A stretch of 64,000 nucleotides of DNA from Lytechinus pictus. Its lineage: Eukaryota. The stretch is taken from the NCBI RefSeq assembly GCF_037042905.1, contig NC_087261.1, positions 3,348,001-3,412,000 of the forward strand, in the 5' to 3' direction. The position numbers were made by a program, and so were the translations under genes. The notes under the pieces are model-generated. The model was given only the letters and a program-made list of their open reading frames with translations. It did not search any database and had not been told where the DNA came from. Shown in pieces: positions 23,905 through 38,455 of the stretch; positions within the stretch are counted from its first letter, which is position 1; each line of letters begins with the position of its first letter.

Positions 23905-24360
23905 GTGAGTTGCACTAGTGTGATATTTGTAAGTTGTAGAAAAAATTTGGCTTATTTTGCGATGGAATTTTATAGACATGGACATGGTAAATAGAGTCCT
24001 GTTGGCTGTTGTTGTTGGTGAACGACGCCAACTTTGACCGTAGTCACTAGTCTGTCCAAGAGTGATATCTCCTTGGTCTGTCTATGCGATGCTGGGAGAG
24101 CTGCGGCAGCAACTATTGCGCTTTCCCGTTTACTTCTTTACCTGAGGCCCGTGCTTGGCGCTAAACCTATGTTTTTTCTGTACGTTTTCACATGCCGCTT
24201 ACATTTGTAATGGTTTCCCACATGAGAAGAAACAGAGTAGCCTATTGACCCATGGTAGAGCCTAGAGGCATCCAAGAAGGGGGGGGGGGGGGGAGGGGGT
24301 TACATAAAGTCATAACATTATATGGATCAACAACAAAAAATGTCATGGGGGGGGGTACAT

Positions 24361-25603
24361 CCCACTGGGCATTTTACCCGATATTACCCGGGTTGTAACA
24401 GGTAATAACGTAGTTATTACCACGGTAACACCAGTGGGTAGTAACGGGGAAATAGTAGACCAATCTTTCCCCGTTATTACCCGGACCCGATATTACTCCA
24501 TTTACCCAATATTACCCAGTATGATGTAACCGATATTTCCAGCATTTTAATGATATCACCACCTCATATTACTCTGTTTACCCAATATTACCCAATTAAT
24601 GTCGGCTCATTAAAAAAACAATTAGTGTCATTAGGGTCACTGAAGCACATTTTTACAACTCCATACTCTAAGCCATATCATCTTATCCTATCCTAAAATC
24701 CTACATCCTAATCCTAATCCTATCCTACACCTATCCACCAAACCCTGTCATTTACTTCTATATATTGAGCGAGTTTACAACACTTGACAAATTATGGTTA
24801 ACAATTATTCAACCCTAAAACATTTTTCTAAAATTAATGTCATGATTATGACTAATATGATATATAAACTACACATTTTTCTGAAAATTTTCTGGGTGGA
24901 ATAATTGCATAAACATAAACACATTAATTATTACAGCTATATTAGCTAAAATTTTGGCCATTTATTGTAGTAATGAATATTCATGAGTAACTAATATTCC
25001 CAGCATTTTCCTGATATTACCATCTGATATTACTCCATTTACCCAATATTAATGGGTTCCGCATGGGTTGGAGCTAGGTCTCGTTTCCATCTGAGTCCTA
25101 TCTGGGCACCATGTGGGTTCAAGTATATGTTTTCATCTGGGTTCCATGTGGGCCCATATGGGACCCAGATATCCCAGATAAGAACCGTATGTGATCCAGA
25201 TACTTTGCTGTCTGGGAATGGAAGCGTTTCAACATTACCCATTACCCCTTATCAACCTGTTTGTAACTGGGTAAAATGTTGGTTTCATCAGGGTGATAAC
25301 AGTAATTTTTTGGACTTTGAAAATTTCGCTGGGATTGCTGTAAGATTGCTCTTATTACTAAAGTTTGCAATGTTATAACCAATCAAAGTCATTCAACATT
25401 ACCCTTATTACCCCTCATCACCCTGTTGTAACTAGGTAAATGTAGGTTTCATCAGGGTGATAACAGTAACAGGTATCAACAGGAATTATAATTTCGGTAA
25501 TAACATGGTAATAACGGTAATATTTGGTGTTACTCAAATTTCCGGGTGATATTACCGGTAATAACCGGTAAAATTGGTAATCGGTAACAAATTGCCCAGT
25601 GGG
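24361..25603. mobile_element. Non-autonomous CMC/EnSpm-like element
   Basis: TIR CCCACTGGGCA / TGCCCAGTGGG, 2-bp AT flanks, many subterminal TATTACC/GGTAATA repeats; the right end of a second element (...GCTGTCTGGG) is nested at 25052-25216. Confidence 0.8.
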
Positions 25604-25824
25604 ATGTACATCCCAATATTTTGATAATTGTAACATTTTAAGATTAAAAATATAAATGAAAGGCATTGGTACCATAATTTTTGTTGATCATTTATTAGGG
25701 GTTTACACATATCATTACATGATATGAAACATAACTATCTTATCTTTATATTTTAGGCTATTCATAATGGCTCAACCTTGTCCTTGATAAAGTATAATCA
25801 TTCTTTGTAGGCCTATGCTCCACC

Positions 25825-27500
25825 AATACCACCACCATCGTGATCATGATCATCACCACAATCATCAACTCATCATTATCATCATCATCTTAATCATCAT
25901 CATCACATCATCTAATAATCATATTCATCATCATCTTTGACATCACCATCATCTTAATCATCATCATCTTAATCATCTTCATCATCATCATCTTCATCAT
26001 CTTTGACATCATCATCCTGAAGCATCACTACTGCGATGCACCATCATAACCACCACTACCACCAACATCAACATTATATAACACCATTAAATTGTGTGAT
26101 TGGTAGTGGTTGTGAACACTAGCATCATTGTCACAGATACCACCACCACTACCATTATCTTCATCAAAGTAACCACTGCCATATCATCTTAACCACCCCT
26201 TTACCACCATCAAGCCACCAACATCACTATCACGAATTACCAACGTCACCATGTCCACATTATGAATACTCTATTACCACCATTAAAGGGGAATCCAGCC
26301 TTGGCCATAAAATGTTGTGTTGGGAAGGAGAAAAATAAATTAAACAGAATGGTGAAAGTTTGACAGAAATCGGACAAGCAATAAGAAAGTTATAGCTGCT
26401 TTAAAATTGAGATCACTTATACTATGTAGATTTCAAATTGGCAACTGGGTAAGTTAATCATGACAAGGGGCAAGGACTACTTTCCCATAGGCCATGTACT
26501 TTATTATCAGGGATTTGTGGTTTTCTCCTTAGTACCCATTCCCCTGGGGCAGTAATCTAAATATAACCCAGGTAGTATATTATTTTATGTCCTCATGAAA
26601 GAAAAATATAATTTGAAATAAAACTTTTGGGAAAAATGACATTTTAGCCATAATATGTATTGGAGTACATGAAAGAGTAGTCCTTGCCTTACATCACTAT
26701 GACATCCCATATGCGGCCAATTTGAAGTCTCCATGGGTATAGTGATTACCAATATTTACAACTTTTAAAAATTCATAACTTTCTTGTTGTTTGTCCAATA
26801 TTGTTCAAACTTTTACCTATCAACTTGTCTGATTTTTCTTTTCCTTATAAAACAAGTTTTTATTTGGGTTGGATTCCCCTTTAAAAATCAACCTCATCAC
26901 TGCTACCATTAGCATCATCATCATACATGTAACCACTGCCATCATTGTTTGCCAGCATAACCACCACAACCATCACCCTCATCATCACGAACACTAACAA
27001 CACCACGATTACAACCATAACCACCACCACTACTATCATCAAAACCATTTCATTTATTAACCATCACCACCATAACAAACACCATCATATAAAGGCCACC
27101 GCCACCAGTCAACCACCACTACCACCACCATCATAACCATGACCAGCATATATACCACCACCAAATAATGCTGCATCACCACTACAACAACCAACATCCA
27201 TTCCTACCACNNNNNNNNNNNNNNNNNNNNNNNNNNNNNNNNNNNNNNNNNNNNNNNNNNNNNNNNNNNNNNNNNNNNNNNNNNNNNNNNNNNNNNNNNN
27301 NNNNNNNNNNNNNNNNNNNNNNNNNNNNNNNNNNNNNNNNNNNNNNNNNNNNNNNNNNNNNNNNCACCACCGCCACTACTACCACCATCATCATACCACT
27401 ATCACCACCACCGCCACTACTACCACCATCATCATACCACTATCACCACCACCGCCACTACTACCACCATCATCATACCACTATCACCACCACCATCAGT
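25825..27500. repeat. Degenerate (CAT)n/(CAC)n tract including a 41-bp x3 minisatellite at 27365-27490 and a gap at 27211-27364
   Basis: Direct inspection. Confidence 0.9.
26287..26880 (+). mobile_element. TTAA-AGG (Kolobok/T2-type) MITE, family A, intact 594-bp copy
   Basis: TTAA|AGGGGAATCCAGCC ... GGTTGGATTCCCCT|TTAA. Confidence 0.93.
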
Positions 27501-28092
27501 GTCGTGAATCTCAACAGCAAGATGAATACCATTGTCCATTCTCATTGTTTTTCATGATCTAGACCCGAAACCTACAACATGTACAATGTGGGCCCACAAT
27601 CAAAAGGTTAGGCATAATTTATTATCATCAGCTTCAGAGATGCGCTCACAAAATCCTTCAAAGTTAGGCAATACTAATCCATGAAGGTGAGCTTCATGCT
27701 GCTGCTCTGTTCAGATAGGCATCCTTGATCTTGCATGGTGTGAGAATGATTGTGAGAACTTATAGTTAGGCAAGATATTCATCTTGTCATTTCAGATGAT
27801 ATGATTCTGGCTAATCAATGGCACATTGTGAATTCTGTATTAAGCCATACACACTGAATGTGCATTTCACATGGTGGTCGTTTCACCAAATTAAACTCAC
27901 ATTCAGCCGCACTGATCAGAACTCAGTGCCATTTAACCAGGGAATCTTAACTCCCACTTCCCCGATTTAACTTCAAAGCCATAATAGAATGGATGCTGAT
28001 GTGTTTGTGTTGTACGATACACGCTCCCCTAGAAACCTCCCTTTGAGAAAAAACGATTGTAAACATTTTGTGAGTTTGCAATCAGCTTTTTT

Positions 28093-28275
28093 CAGGGGTG
28101 TGAGAGTTCAGATTTTTATCTGATTTCAGATTTTTTGTTTTGATTTTCAGCTTAATTTCAGCTTATTTTTGGCCTTCCTCTGTACAAAAAGAATGGGAGC
28201 TCTTTCTATTTCAGACTTTTTCAACACTCTTCAGCTTTTTTCAGATCTTTTTATTTGTGACCAATCACACCCCTG
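28093..28275. mobile_element. Short MITE (hAT-like ends)
   Basis: TIR CAGGGGTGTGA / TCACACCCCTG; internal TTCAG(A/C)TT repeats; TSD unclear. Confidence 0.7.
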
Positions 28276-31200
28276 TTTTTTATGAAAAACGAAAGTATGA
28301 TTTTGCATAAATCTTGAAATGGGTAGCATGAATTCACCCCCTGTAGGCTTGGATTGACCAAGTACTGTGTATCACAGTTAGTTTATCTCATCATTACACT
28401 AAGCTGCTAAATCTATATAGTTAGGCATTCACTTTTAGATCATCGCATCAGTGGAGTATACAAAGTATGTACTTAGGTCTTTACAGTTAGGAACAGATAT
28501 ACATGTATGCACAGGTTGCTGCATGAAATTTTTCTTTGTTGAATGGAAGTTGATAGGCACCTCCCCCTTCGACAGCTGGACAACAAAGACTTGGAAAAAC
28601 TTGTAGCCCCCCTTCCCTTTCATAAGAATATGAATGAAACTTTGTGAAGGTGATTTTGTTATACAAGTCTCTGCATGTTAAGTGTAAAGCTGTGTTGTGA
28701 TTTAACACTATCTTATGCTGGATCAATGTACAGTACCTCAATTTTTATTTCTTTTTTTTAATGAAATTTGTTTCTGCAGAAATTGCTAAAATTAAATAAA
28801 GAAATTGTATTCAATACAAAAATGTTTTCAGAACGGTCAGAGCGAATTTTGAAGGAAAAGTTTTAAACATAGAACAAAGTTTTTAGCTCATTTTGAAGAT
28901 TAATCACCAAAAACATGTTTAGCTTTTCTGAAGATGCCGGCAAAACTCTGCAAAAACAACAGCATTTTCTTCAATCAACCAAAGAAGATTGAGACCCCTT
29001 TGTAAAATCTTGACTGAATATGAAAGCAAAATATTGAACCCTATCCACGAAACATGATGTAGCATACAGATGAGTGTGATATTATTATCTGTAAGCTTTT
29101 GTGTTCATTTCTTCTTTCTAGCAATAGCAACAATTATAGTTGTGAAATTAAAACTTAATTAGTGCACACATTACCAAAGGATGGATGTTCATGTTGCTAT
29201 GCTAGCTCACGAACAGTTAGAACATGGAGTAAATCTGAGTAGTATTTTATAGTACAGTTTAACCTTCAATTTAATTGTGTTTAACAACACATTTCCCCAG
29301 TGTAAGAATTCCAGTGAATGATACAGCATGCACAACTACCTGTACATGTAGAGGTGAAATAATTGCAATAATATAGCAAAAAATATTGTGCATATACATG
29401 TAATATGCCGATGCGATTACAAGACTTTGATAATCCATTCATGGATGCTAATAAAATCCTTAGACATGTTAGAAGTAAAATGTTCGATTCATTTGATGTG
29501 CTTTAGTAAAAGCTACTGTTACGAAAAGGATCCCCATCGTTCATCATAGTAATTCTACTATAATGATTGTTCTGAGGTTTTATACTACAGGGAAGTGTAA
29601 ATATACATTTCATTATCACATTTGTAAAGTAAACCATTGATCCAAACTTCATTGATATCGAGTATACACTGTACCACACCCTCGTATCCAACACCGCACC
29701 CTCATATCCCATGCCCCACCCTCATATCCAATGCCCCACCCTTTTCTTGCCAGAATTAAGATGCAAGAAGAAGCCCTGCAATTCCTGTTTTCATAGAATT
29801 TATCATCATTTGATTACTAAAATCAAAACCAAAAACAAAATTATGAATGAATGTTTAATTCTTATTCAGCAAAAGTAATATCCTTGGGTGAATGTTATTC
29901 TGTAAATGGGGGAACTGCTTACAGTAAAGGTAAACTTTATTTCCAAATCAATTCAAAGTATTTGATAAAAACATGTAATCACAAATCAATAGAAATTTAC
30001 AATAATAGGTTAACAAAGACAGCAGAAAACAAAACAAAGGTATTATTTAACACAAAAAAAAATGCAGCGTATTTGATTGGAAAAATGGTGTACTATGAGA
30101 AAGCCAAGGTATGGCTTGTATAAAATACACCAAAGAGATGAATAACCAAAGAATTGAAACAAGTGAAACAACTATTAATAACATGAAATGACAAAAAATA
30201 GACAAATATACAAACACGAGGGGTAAAGAGGAGTATTTATATATATGTATTGTGTTTGTAGTACTGTGTGCTTAACTGCTTATATCTAATTTAATTTTTA
30301 CTCTGATCAAGTTGATGTTATTGGACTTGGCATCAAAGCAATGAATAATTCATTGACATAAAATATGCATAATCGCCAAATGGAAAAGAGGAGGAATTGA
30401 CGTGAGAACCAGAACAATGTTGAAAAACCCGAAAGCCAGTTCGTTGGTGCTGCATGACTTCAAAATTTTGAATAGAAAAAAAGATAGAAAGAATACTATC
30501 AAATAAATAAAAGATAGAAGAGAGAGAAAAAAGGGGTAGAAGAGAAGTCAAAGAGAGAGGGGGAGAGAGAAGTCAAGTGAGAGAGAGAGAAGAGAGAAAG
30601 AATTATAGAAAAAAAGAGGGAAAAACAGAATGGGAGAGAGTCAAATAAAGTTGGGGGGGGGGCATTTACCACAAGAGTACATCTGCTAACACACACTGTG
30701 CATACAATAAGCATTCAATGCATTCAACGTACACACATAAGTCTATTTGCCATAGAATGTCTGTGTAATTACTCCATAACAGATGGCTGCCGATCTTCAA
30801 TAACAGGGCCATTTTCTACCACTTTTTTCCCCCACCACTTTTCTTTTATCCTCCTTTTTCTCTCTCTAAGCATCATTTCTTTGAGAGGCTTTTATTCTTT
30901 AGTCCCAGTGGTTTCTTTCAGATGATTGTATTCGTGGCCAGTCGTGCAGAAAGCGGCACACGCCAGGGCGCATGGCCTCATTACCATGACAAAGCGACGC
31001 AGCGGCAGGCTCATTTCTCTCCTCTCTCCTCACCCCCTCCCATATAGACCACTGGCTTCGAGGTGAATCAACTGTTTGTCTTGTTTTTTTCTACACCTTT
31101 TGCTCAATCGTTTTTTCGCTTCTTTTCTATGATCCCAATCCCACTCTCCATCGCTCTTATTCCCCCTCTCTCTCCCACTTTCTCCCCTATTTCTCTCCAC

Positions 31201-31724
31201 CCCCCTCTCTCTCTCCCTCCCTCACCCTCTCTATCATTCTCTCCCTCTCCTTTATATTTTCTCTATCTTCATTTTTCCTATCCCTTCTCTCTCTCCTCTT
31301 TCCCTCAACTTATACAAAAGCGATCTGCATTTATTAGGGACCTATTCAAAGATATTGTTGTTTCTTGGTGCACCATATATTATGTCGGCAGAATCGATTT
31401 AGAGCTCGGGAGATATGTCTACCAGATCAAAACTATTATTCTATTCTTTTCTTGATCTATATCTTCTCTCTATGACAGTCAGCTGTCTATTACAATGGGT
31501 GCATGGGGAGGGAAAAAGAGGAGAAAAGTGTCAATTATATTTTTAGGGTTTCATAGAAAATCTATTCAGATTGTAGTCTGTTGTTGTCTCAAATGGTATG
31601 GAAACAAATTAATCTTTGCTATTTTTCGAATTTCATGTTTTGATGTCATTGTTAGTAGCACGTATTCATGCTATATTATGTGCCATGTAGGAAGTAGGTA
31701 ATGTGAAAGACCATTACAGAATCT

Positions 31725-32202
31725 AGGTGGTTTCAAACCGCCTCGATCACAAGAATCCCCGTTAAATTACGAGAACTTTTTTAGGCTGAAAAATACCCAT
31801 TAATTATTCCTGCATTCACACCGCCCTGAAACATACCCTTCGGGATAAGTTCCTGAAGTTACGAGCATGCGCAGTATGGTCTGATAAGCAGCAAGGCGCG
31901 AAATTCAAAATCACTAACCCAGCAGCAACCCATGCACGGCGCCGCACCCAACGACACGCTGGGCTAAAAGTTCCCGTAATTTGCTTTCAGACCGCCAAAA
32001 TACCCACGACCTTGGAAAAATCCCCGCGAAAGTTCTCGTAATTTCGCCAAGTACCTACTATTTATCGGGTATTTTCTTTCGGGGATATTACGCGTAGTTT
32101 GCTTTCAGACCGCCAAAATACCTGGTATTTTCTGATCGGGGTAAATTTCCCGATCAGAGAATACCTGGAACTGGCGAACTTCGAGGCGGTCTGAAACCAC
32201 CT
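31725..32202. mobile_element. PIF/Harbinger-like MITE
   Basis: TIR AGGTGGTTTCAAACCGCCTCGA / TCGAGGCGGTCTGAAACCACCT; internal TTTCAGACCGCC repeats. Confidence 0.85.
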
Positions 32203-33207
32203 AATGTGGATGTATTTGTTTTGTGGTACAGTAATAATGCAGGTGGATCTATTTTATTATCAGTTAAAATATCAAACTAATGTGATGCATTCTCTTGTAG
32301 TCAGGAGAAGAAATTATTGAACAGTACCACCTCATGATACATGGAGATCAGACATCTTTAAGTGGCATTCTTTGAGAAACAACTTGTACCTCGACTTGTC
32401 CCTAGATATTTGATGCAAATAAATGTGCCTTAAATCTATAAATAGCAAAAAAAGAAAAGGAATCAAAATTATTTTTGATGAGTAAGTTCTACACTGCATT
32501 TCCCATTTTAGGGAATGTCATATATTGTTTTATATTTGATAGTCTGCTTTCATCACCACCCCTCCCCGCCTCTTTCCCCTTGCTCCACCTCAATCCTCAT
32601 TCCCTCTCCCCCTCCCCTCTCCCCCTCCCCTCTCCCCGTCCCCACCCATCTACCCTGACAATGTCTATTCCCCTTACAAAATAATTGTGTATATTGATGC
32701 ATTTGGATGTATGGTGTAGAGTTGCAAATAATCAGAACATTGCTTGCAGTCTTAGCGCCCTGGTATTGAAGGAAAGTTTGGGGATTTTTCATCTTTTAAA
32801 CATGAAGCGCAGTATGCGCGTTGAAGAAAGTAATTAATGACTCTTGAGGTTTGAGAGGGGTTCAAATTGTAATTTGGATGTGAGCTCTGTCAGTATGTCA
32901 CACTATCTAGCTGTCTGTCTGTGCATTATTCCTTCTCTTCCAACACTCCCGACCTCCCCACCCCCCCCCCACACACACCTCCAAGTTAGAGAAGGAAAGA
33001 ATGAAACTGAAAATGGAAACACAATATACTTTTGTTTTCAGTTTCCAATAATGCAAAAGCTGCTTGATTGAATTAATGAAATGAAGACATTGAATGCATT
33101 TTGTTCAAAATTGAAATGTCTGTTAAAACTGAACATTTTCAAACTTTATTAGGATAAGATGATGGAAGAATTATAATTATTGATAGATTGATCGATAAAC
33201 AGACCTA

Positions 33208-33522
33208 NNNNNNNNNNNNNNNNNNNNNNNNNNNNNNNNNNNNNNNNNNNNNNNNNNNNNNNNNNNNNNNNNNNNNNNNNNNNNNNNNNNNNNNNNNNNN
33301 NNNNNNNNNNNNNNNNNNNNNNNNNNNNNNNNNNNNNNNNNNNNNNNNNNNNNNNNNNNNNNNNNNNNNNNNNNNNNNNNNNNNNNNNNNNNNNNNNNNN
33401 NNNNNNNNNNNNNNNNNNNNNNNNNNNNNNNNNNNNNNNNNNNNNNNNNNNNNNNNNNNNNNNNNNNNNNNNNNNNNNNNNNNNNNNNNNNNNNNNNNNN
33501 NNNNNNNNNNNNNNNNNNNNNN
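33208..33522. other. Assembly gap next to a (GGAT)n microsatellite
   Basis: Run of N. Confidence 0.99.
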
Positions 33523-34885
33523 GGAGAAGTGATGGATGGAAGGATGGATGGAAGGATAGATGAATGAATGGATGGATGGAGAAGTGATGGATGGAGGCAA
33601 AGTAGAAGAAGTGATCAAGAAGAAGAACTTTCTTTGACCTGCCCAAAAGCTAAGATCATAGGTTGTTTTTCTCTCCCAAGTAGTGAGTATAATGAAAATG
33701 AAAACCCCAACCAGGCCCAACTCCCAACAATCACAACTAAAGAAACGGACGGGATAAATTCAGAAAAAGACAGGGATTTGGAAAAACATTTCTTTCACTT
33801 CAAAATTTGACAACCTGTATTTCCACACCATCAAATCAAGCCAATATTTTGTTAATCTGTGCCGTTTATGGAGCTGGACGGACGGTGCGACACTCGATAC
33901 CACCCTTCGCCTGCCTGGATTTGACGAAACTCGTTTAGCTAATGCACCCGGCACGTGGCCTAGAGTCTCTGGGGTAAATAATAGGGCTCCTTTTGATGGT
34001 GAATACACACATACATGAGAGGGGTGCATACAGTCCTCCACCCCACCCTTCATAGGCCTATATAACCCCCCCCCCCCCCCCCGTACCCCTTTGCAGTTTG
34101 TTTTGTCATGTAGTGCAATTTTGTTTGAAAGGAAAGAGCAAAGAGTGGGGTTCTTGGTTCTAGAATGTTAAGAGATTAAGTCATTTTTATTAAATGATTA
34201 TTTTTTTAACAAATTGTATCCTATTAATTTCCAACATGATTTATATTTAATTCCATTCATCACTGGTCAGTTTGACATTGGGTTTTCGATTATTGTGATT
34301 ATTGTCTCTGTATTTCTTTTATATAGAGTATAGCAAGTTAAAATAAAATTTTGGACAAAATCCTGGATACAAATTATTGATAAGTGGTCAAATATGCTCA
34401 CCCATTTTATTTCTCACATCATTATTCGGAAATAATACGCTGTATTTCTTCAGAAGTCTTAATTGATTTTGCTAACTATGCCACGGACAGACTATTACAC
34501 CCCAGATAGAAAAGAACCTGCTAAACAATATTCATAAGTTTTTGTACCAAAGATGTACTTTTTGTCTATTTTTATGGTCTTGCATTTCACGGTTTTGCTT
34601 CAGTGAGGTGTTGCCCATTTCAGTAACCAATGGGCCATCACAGAATCAATTAAACAGTGTTAGGGTCTTTGAGCAGCTTTTGTCTACTGTAGTACCGTGT
34701 AGGGGAAAAAAAGTATTTTTTATAGTTTAGCATGATAAAAGGGGTACCATGAAAAGTAGGTTCCAATTAAAGCACCATATGTCCATAGTTACAATACTCA
34801 GGAAACACAGTGTGAAAGGAACATTATTCTCTGCTCATTTCAGACTTCATGGATGGCTGCATGCAGACTAAAAAAAAAAAAATTA

Positions 34886-35034
34886 TGGCGCAGTCACATT
34901 TCCCTTATGGCAGCCATACAGCGAGTCAAAAGCGTTTTACATTTTTTGTACCAGCTACATATAGGTGGTTTGAATAAAATTGAATGAAACGGCTGTTTTC
35001 GACTCGCCGTATTAATGGAAATGTGACTACAGCA
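34886..35034. mobile_element. PIF/Harbinger-like mini-MITE
   Basis: TIR TGGCGCAGTCACATTTCC / GGAAATGTGACTACAGCA with 3-bp TTA on both sides. Confidence 0.75.
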
Positions 35035-38000
35035 TTACCCTTGTCCTGGCATATTAGAGAATCTTCTTTTGGATGGACTGTATTTTGTAACTGAATGATT
35101 CAAAGTCTACATATATTTATATTATACCGAAAATTAGTTACTTATAACGAAAAGAGGGGGGGGGGGCAGGTTGGTGAGATAGGATGGATTGGATGGTAGT
35201 GGTGGCCTGGTGGGGTAGTAATAGATTTCAGTTCAATTTAATTTTTTTTTCAACCAGTAAAATAGTAAAAGCAAAATCCATAATACAAGACAATGGAATT
35301 GTTAGGCAGCCCTTAAACACCATGGCTTGTGACCTGTCCCAAAAGATAACAAGTGAATCTTCAGTGAGCCATTTACCATTTCCAAAGTTGTTAAGAATGG
35401 CATATCACTTTTGCTACTTCTTTTTCTATACTTGTTTAAATTATAAACATGCCCTTGATGAATGAGCTAGGCATAGACAAATTGTAAATTAACTGATTTC
35501 CCGCCACAACCTTGTTGAACATGTACAGAAAGTATTTTAGATGATAGATATTCCAGAACCTTGTGGAAAATAAATAGTATGAACTATGATTGAAATTGAT
35601 TTTTAAAAATCATTAGAAAGGGGTAAAACAGATAATTTTCATCATCTGCTTATTGGATAGGGACAATGAAACAGATCAGTCATTACAAAAACCACTGGAT
35701 GAAGGGGGAAGGGGGGGGGGGGTCATGGAGGTGTAGCTTGCACCTGTTAGCTTATGATAGTCGGCCATTTACTATAAAATGAATTTTATCAATTGATCTA
35801 ATTGGGGTATCTATCGACTCGGTATATTGAACCAGTTTTAGCTTATTAGTTTCCCTGATACCATTGAAAAGAGTTTTTTTTACAGATCTGAAAATAAAGG
35901 ATGTAATCCCTCTTTTCTATTGTCAGTAGTGGTAATAGTGGGCTTTATTTTCTTATCACCTTTAATTGTTTCAGCTTCTGCCTTTTCTCTTCTTCTTCCT
36001 CTGTCATTTTGCTATCATTATCATCTTAATTATCCTCTTGTCCTTTCTATAAATTCTCAAATTATTCTCAAGCCCCACTACATCTCTCCACCCCCCCTTC
36101 CTCACTTTTCCCCTCCCTCACCCTCCTCCTCCTCCCCTTGTCCCTCCCTCTTTCTCCCTCTCTTCGCTCGCTCGCTCTCTCTCTCTTCCTCCCTCCCTTC
36201 TCTCTATTTGCTTCCCCCTCTCCATGTCATCCTACCTTGTCTTCTCTCCATCCCCCTTCCTCAGTCTGTACACAATATACACATATACTCTCTCTCCCTC
36301 TCTCCAAGCAATTTCATCTGTCTTCCATTTCTTTCTCTTCCTCTCACCCCCCCCCCCTCTCTCTATCTATCTTTCACTCTGTCTGACAGCACGCCTACCA
36401 TCTGCTCCTTAAATTCCAGTCACTGGGGCAGTGCCTCTTCCAGCTTCTGTTCCACTTCCCCTAACCAATTGGAATCATAAATCGTGTGAGCACTTGTTTT
36501 GTTTTGAATTCTCGACAGTGATGAGATTGTGTATGTGATTAGGTCTGTTATGATCGTGCTTGAGCTTGGGGATGTATACAAAAAAAATCCAGGTTTGTAA
36601 AAACCACAAAATAAATTTAAATCAGTTAATTGTTAACTTTAATAATAGTGTTTACAAATCAATAACTTAATATAATATTATTAATGTTTTTTTTTTTTCT
36701 TTTATTATTTTGTACACATAAATATAATAACAATCATTTGAATCAATCTGCAGGCCTACTAAAAGTATGAAATAAAGTTTTCATTTTTACTCAAACTTGA
36801 TATCTTGTTACTATGCATGTTGTTAGGTGGAAAGTATTTTTTAAGGAATGTTTTATTAGAAAACTAATCACTTCTAAGGGCCTTTTTATTTTAATTTTTT
36901 TATCATTGATGATATGATTGTCCCCCATCCCATCTCATAGAGTCCTCAAATTTCAGTATCTTTAGGGGGAAAAGCACCGAAGGGGGGGGGGGGGTGCCCA
37001 AGAAAGGGGGCATTTGCAGACATCTCCAAAGCCAATTAGATGGGCTATAAAAGCCCAATCAAAATGGCATCAATGGTTTTGTCTTTTTTTAATAGTGGTC
37101 TTGGATTAATTCATGCCCTGTATCTGATTTATGATTTTTTTGGATAAAAAATTCGAATTAATTTATGTATGTCAAGATGAATAAAGAAACGGAAAAAAAA
37201 TAATGTAGGCCTGTTTCAGAAATACAAAAAACAATTATGGAGATGTCACTAATATATATTATGCTGAAATATTTTTTCTTCAAAATGTTTTCTTTAATGA
37301 TTAAATCACATCTAGTTTACGCCCCATCGCCTCTTTTCATGTCGTTGAATCCTATAAAGTCAGAGGATTTACATGTATGTGAGGGAAAGAAAATGAAAGT
37401 GAAAAGAGCTTCCCTTCACCCCCTAAAGTACATTGTATTAGTCATTCCGCTTAAAACGTGCAATTCTTGGGCGATCACAAGCAAAATTCCATTTATTATA
37501 AGTACCCGATTCACAAAATCATCGCTTTATCAAGATCAATGGGGGACTTATTTCACTAACATATCGTTGTCATGGTAACAATCTCTTAAATTCGGAGTAA
37601 AATCTGTTGCCTGGGGCTAGTAATTACTTGAGAGTACACTTCATGGTTTTAATTTGCTTTTATTATGATATACTGTTTTTTCTTATCTATGCTGTTGTCT
37701 CTTTCTCCCTTTATAATTGTTCTCTCTCTCTCTCTCTGTCTGTATTTCTGTCTTTCTGTACCTATATGTTTTTTGCTCTTTCTCTTTTTCTCTCCATCCA
37801 TATTTTTTTCCTCTCTATCTTGTTCTCTCTCTCTCTCTGTTTCTTTCTTTCTTTCTTTCTTTTTTCTTTCTTTTGTTCCTTATATTTTTGTAATTTTTCT
37901 CAATTTTTATCTAAAGGTTTCTTGTGTTTTATAGTGTAATTCCATTTGGCCTATTTTTGTAAACTTGTGGGTGGAGGGTGAGATGATTTACAATGACTTG

Positions 38001-38142
38001 AAGTGTGACAGTGTAAAATTAATGTGCTTTATGTAAATGTTACAGTACATGAGTCTTCCTAATTGTAATGCGGTATTTAGATTTTAATTATTGTTATTAT
38101 TAATATTACAAAATAACATTCATGTCATATTTACCATATATA

Positions 38143-38455
38143 GAAGTGTTGATGTGTAGCAGTTCTGACTCTTGCCTTGTAATCAATTGGCCTAGCATCC
38201 TTTGGCAAGGCCTCAATCCAAACTCGGCCACTCTCCACCCAGGTTTTAAATGGGTTCCCAGTAGGATGCGAATGCCTATAACGCCTAGTCTTGGAACTCA
38301 TGGTGGAATGGAATGCTCCCCAGGGAGTGGAGGAGGACATGTGCATGGGCATGTCAGGATCCTACGACTGTGACAGTATTATATCTGTAAAGCTTTCTTT
38401 GTAGACATTGTTGCAATGTTTAAAGAGCTATCTATATAGAAGCAGAATATTTTAA
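38143..38455 (+). mobile_element. Degraded tRNA-derived SINE with CORE-like domain and L2-like tail
   Basis: CCTTTGGCAAGGC...GCCACTCTCCACCCAGGT...AAATGGGT block, shared in reverse with 51955-52020; tail TGTAAAGC...TAAAGAGCTAT. Confidence 0.7.
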
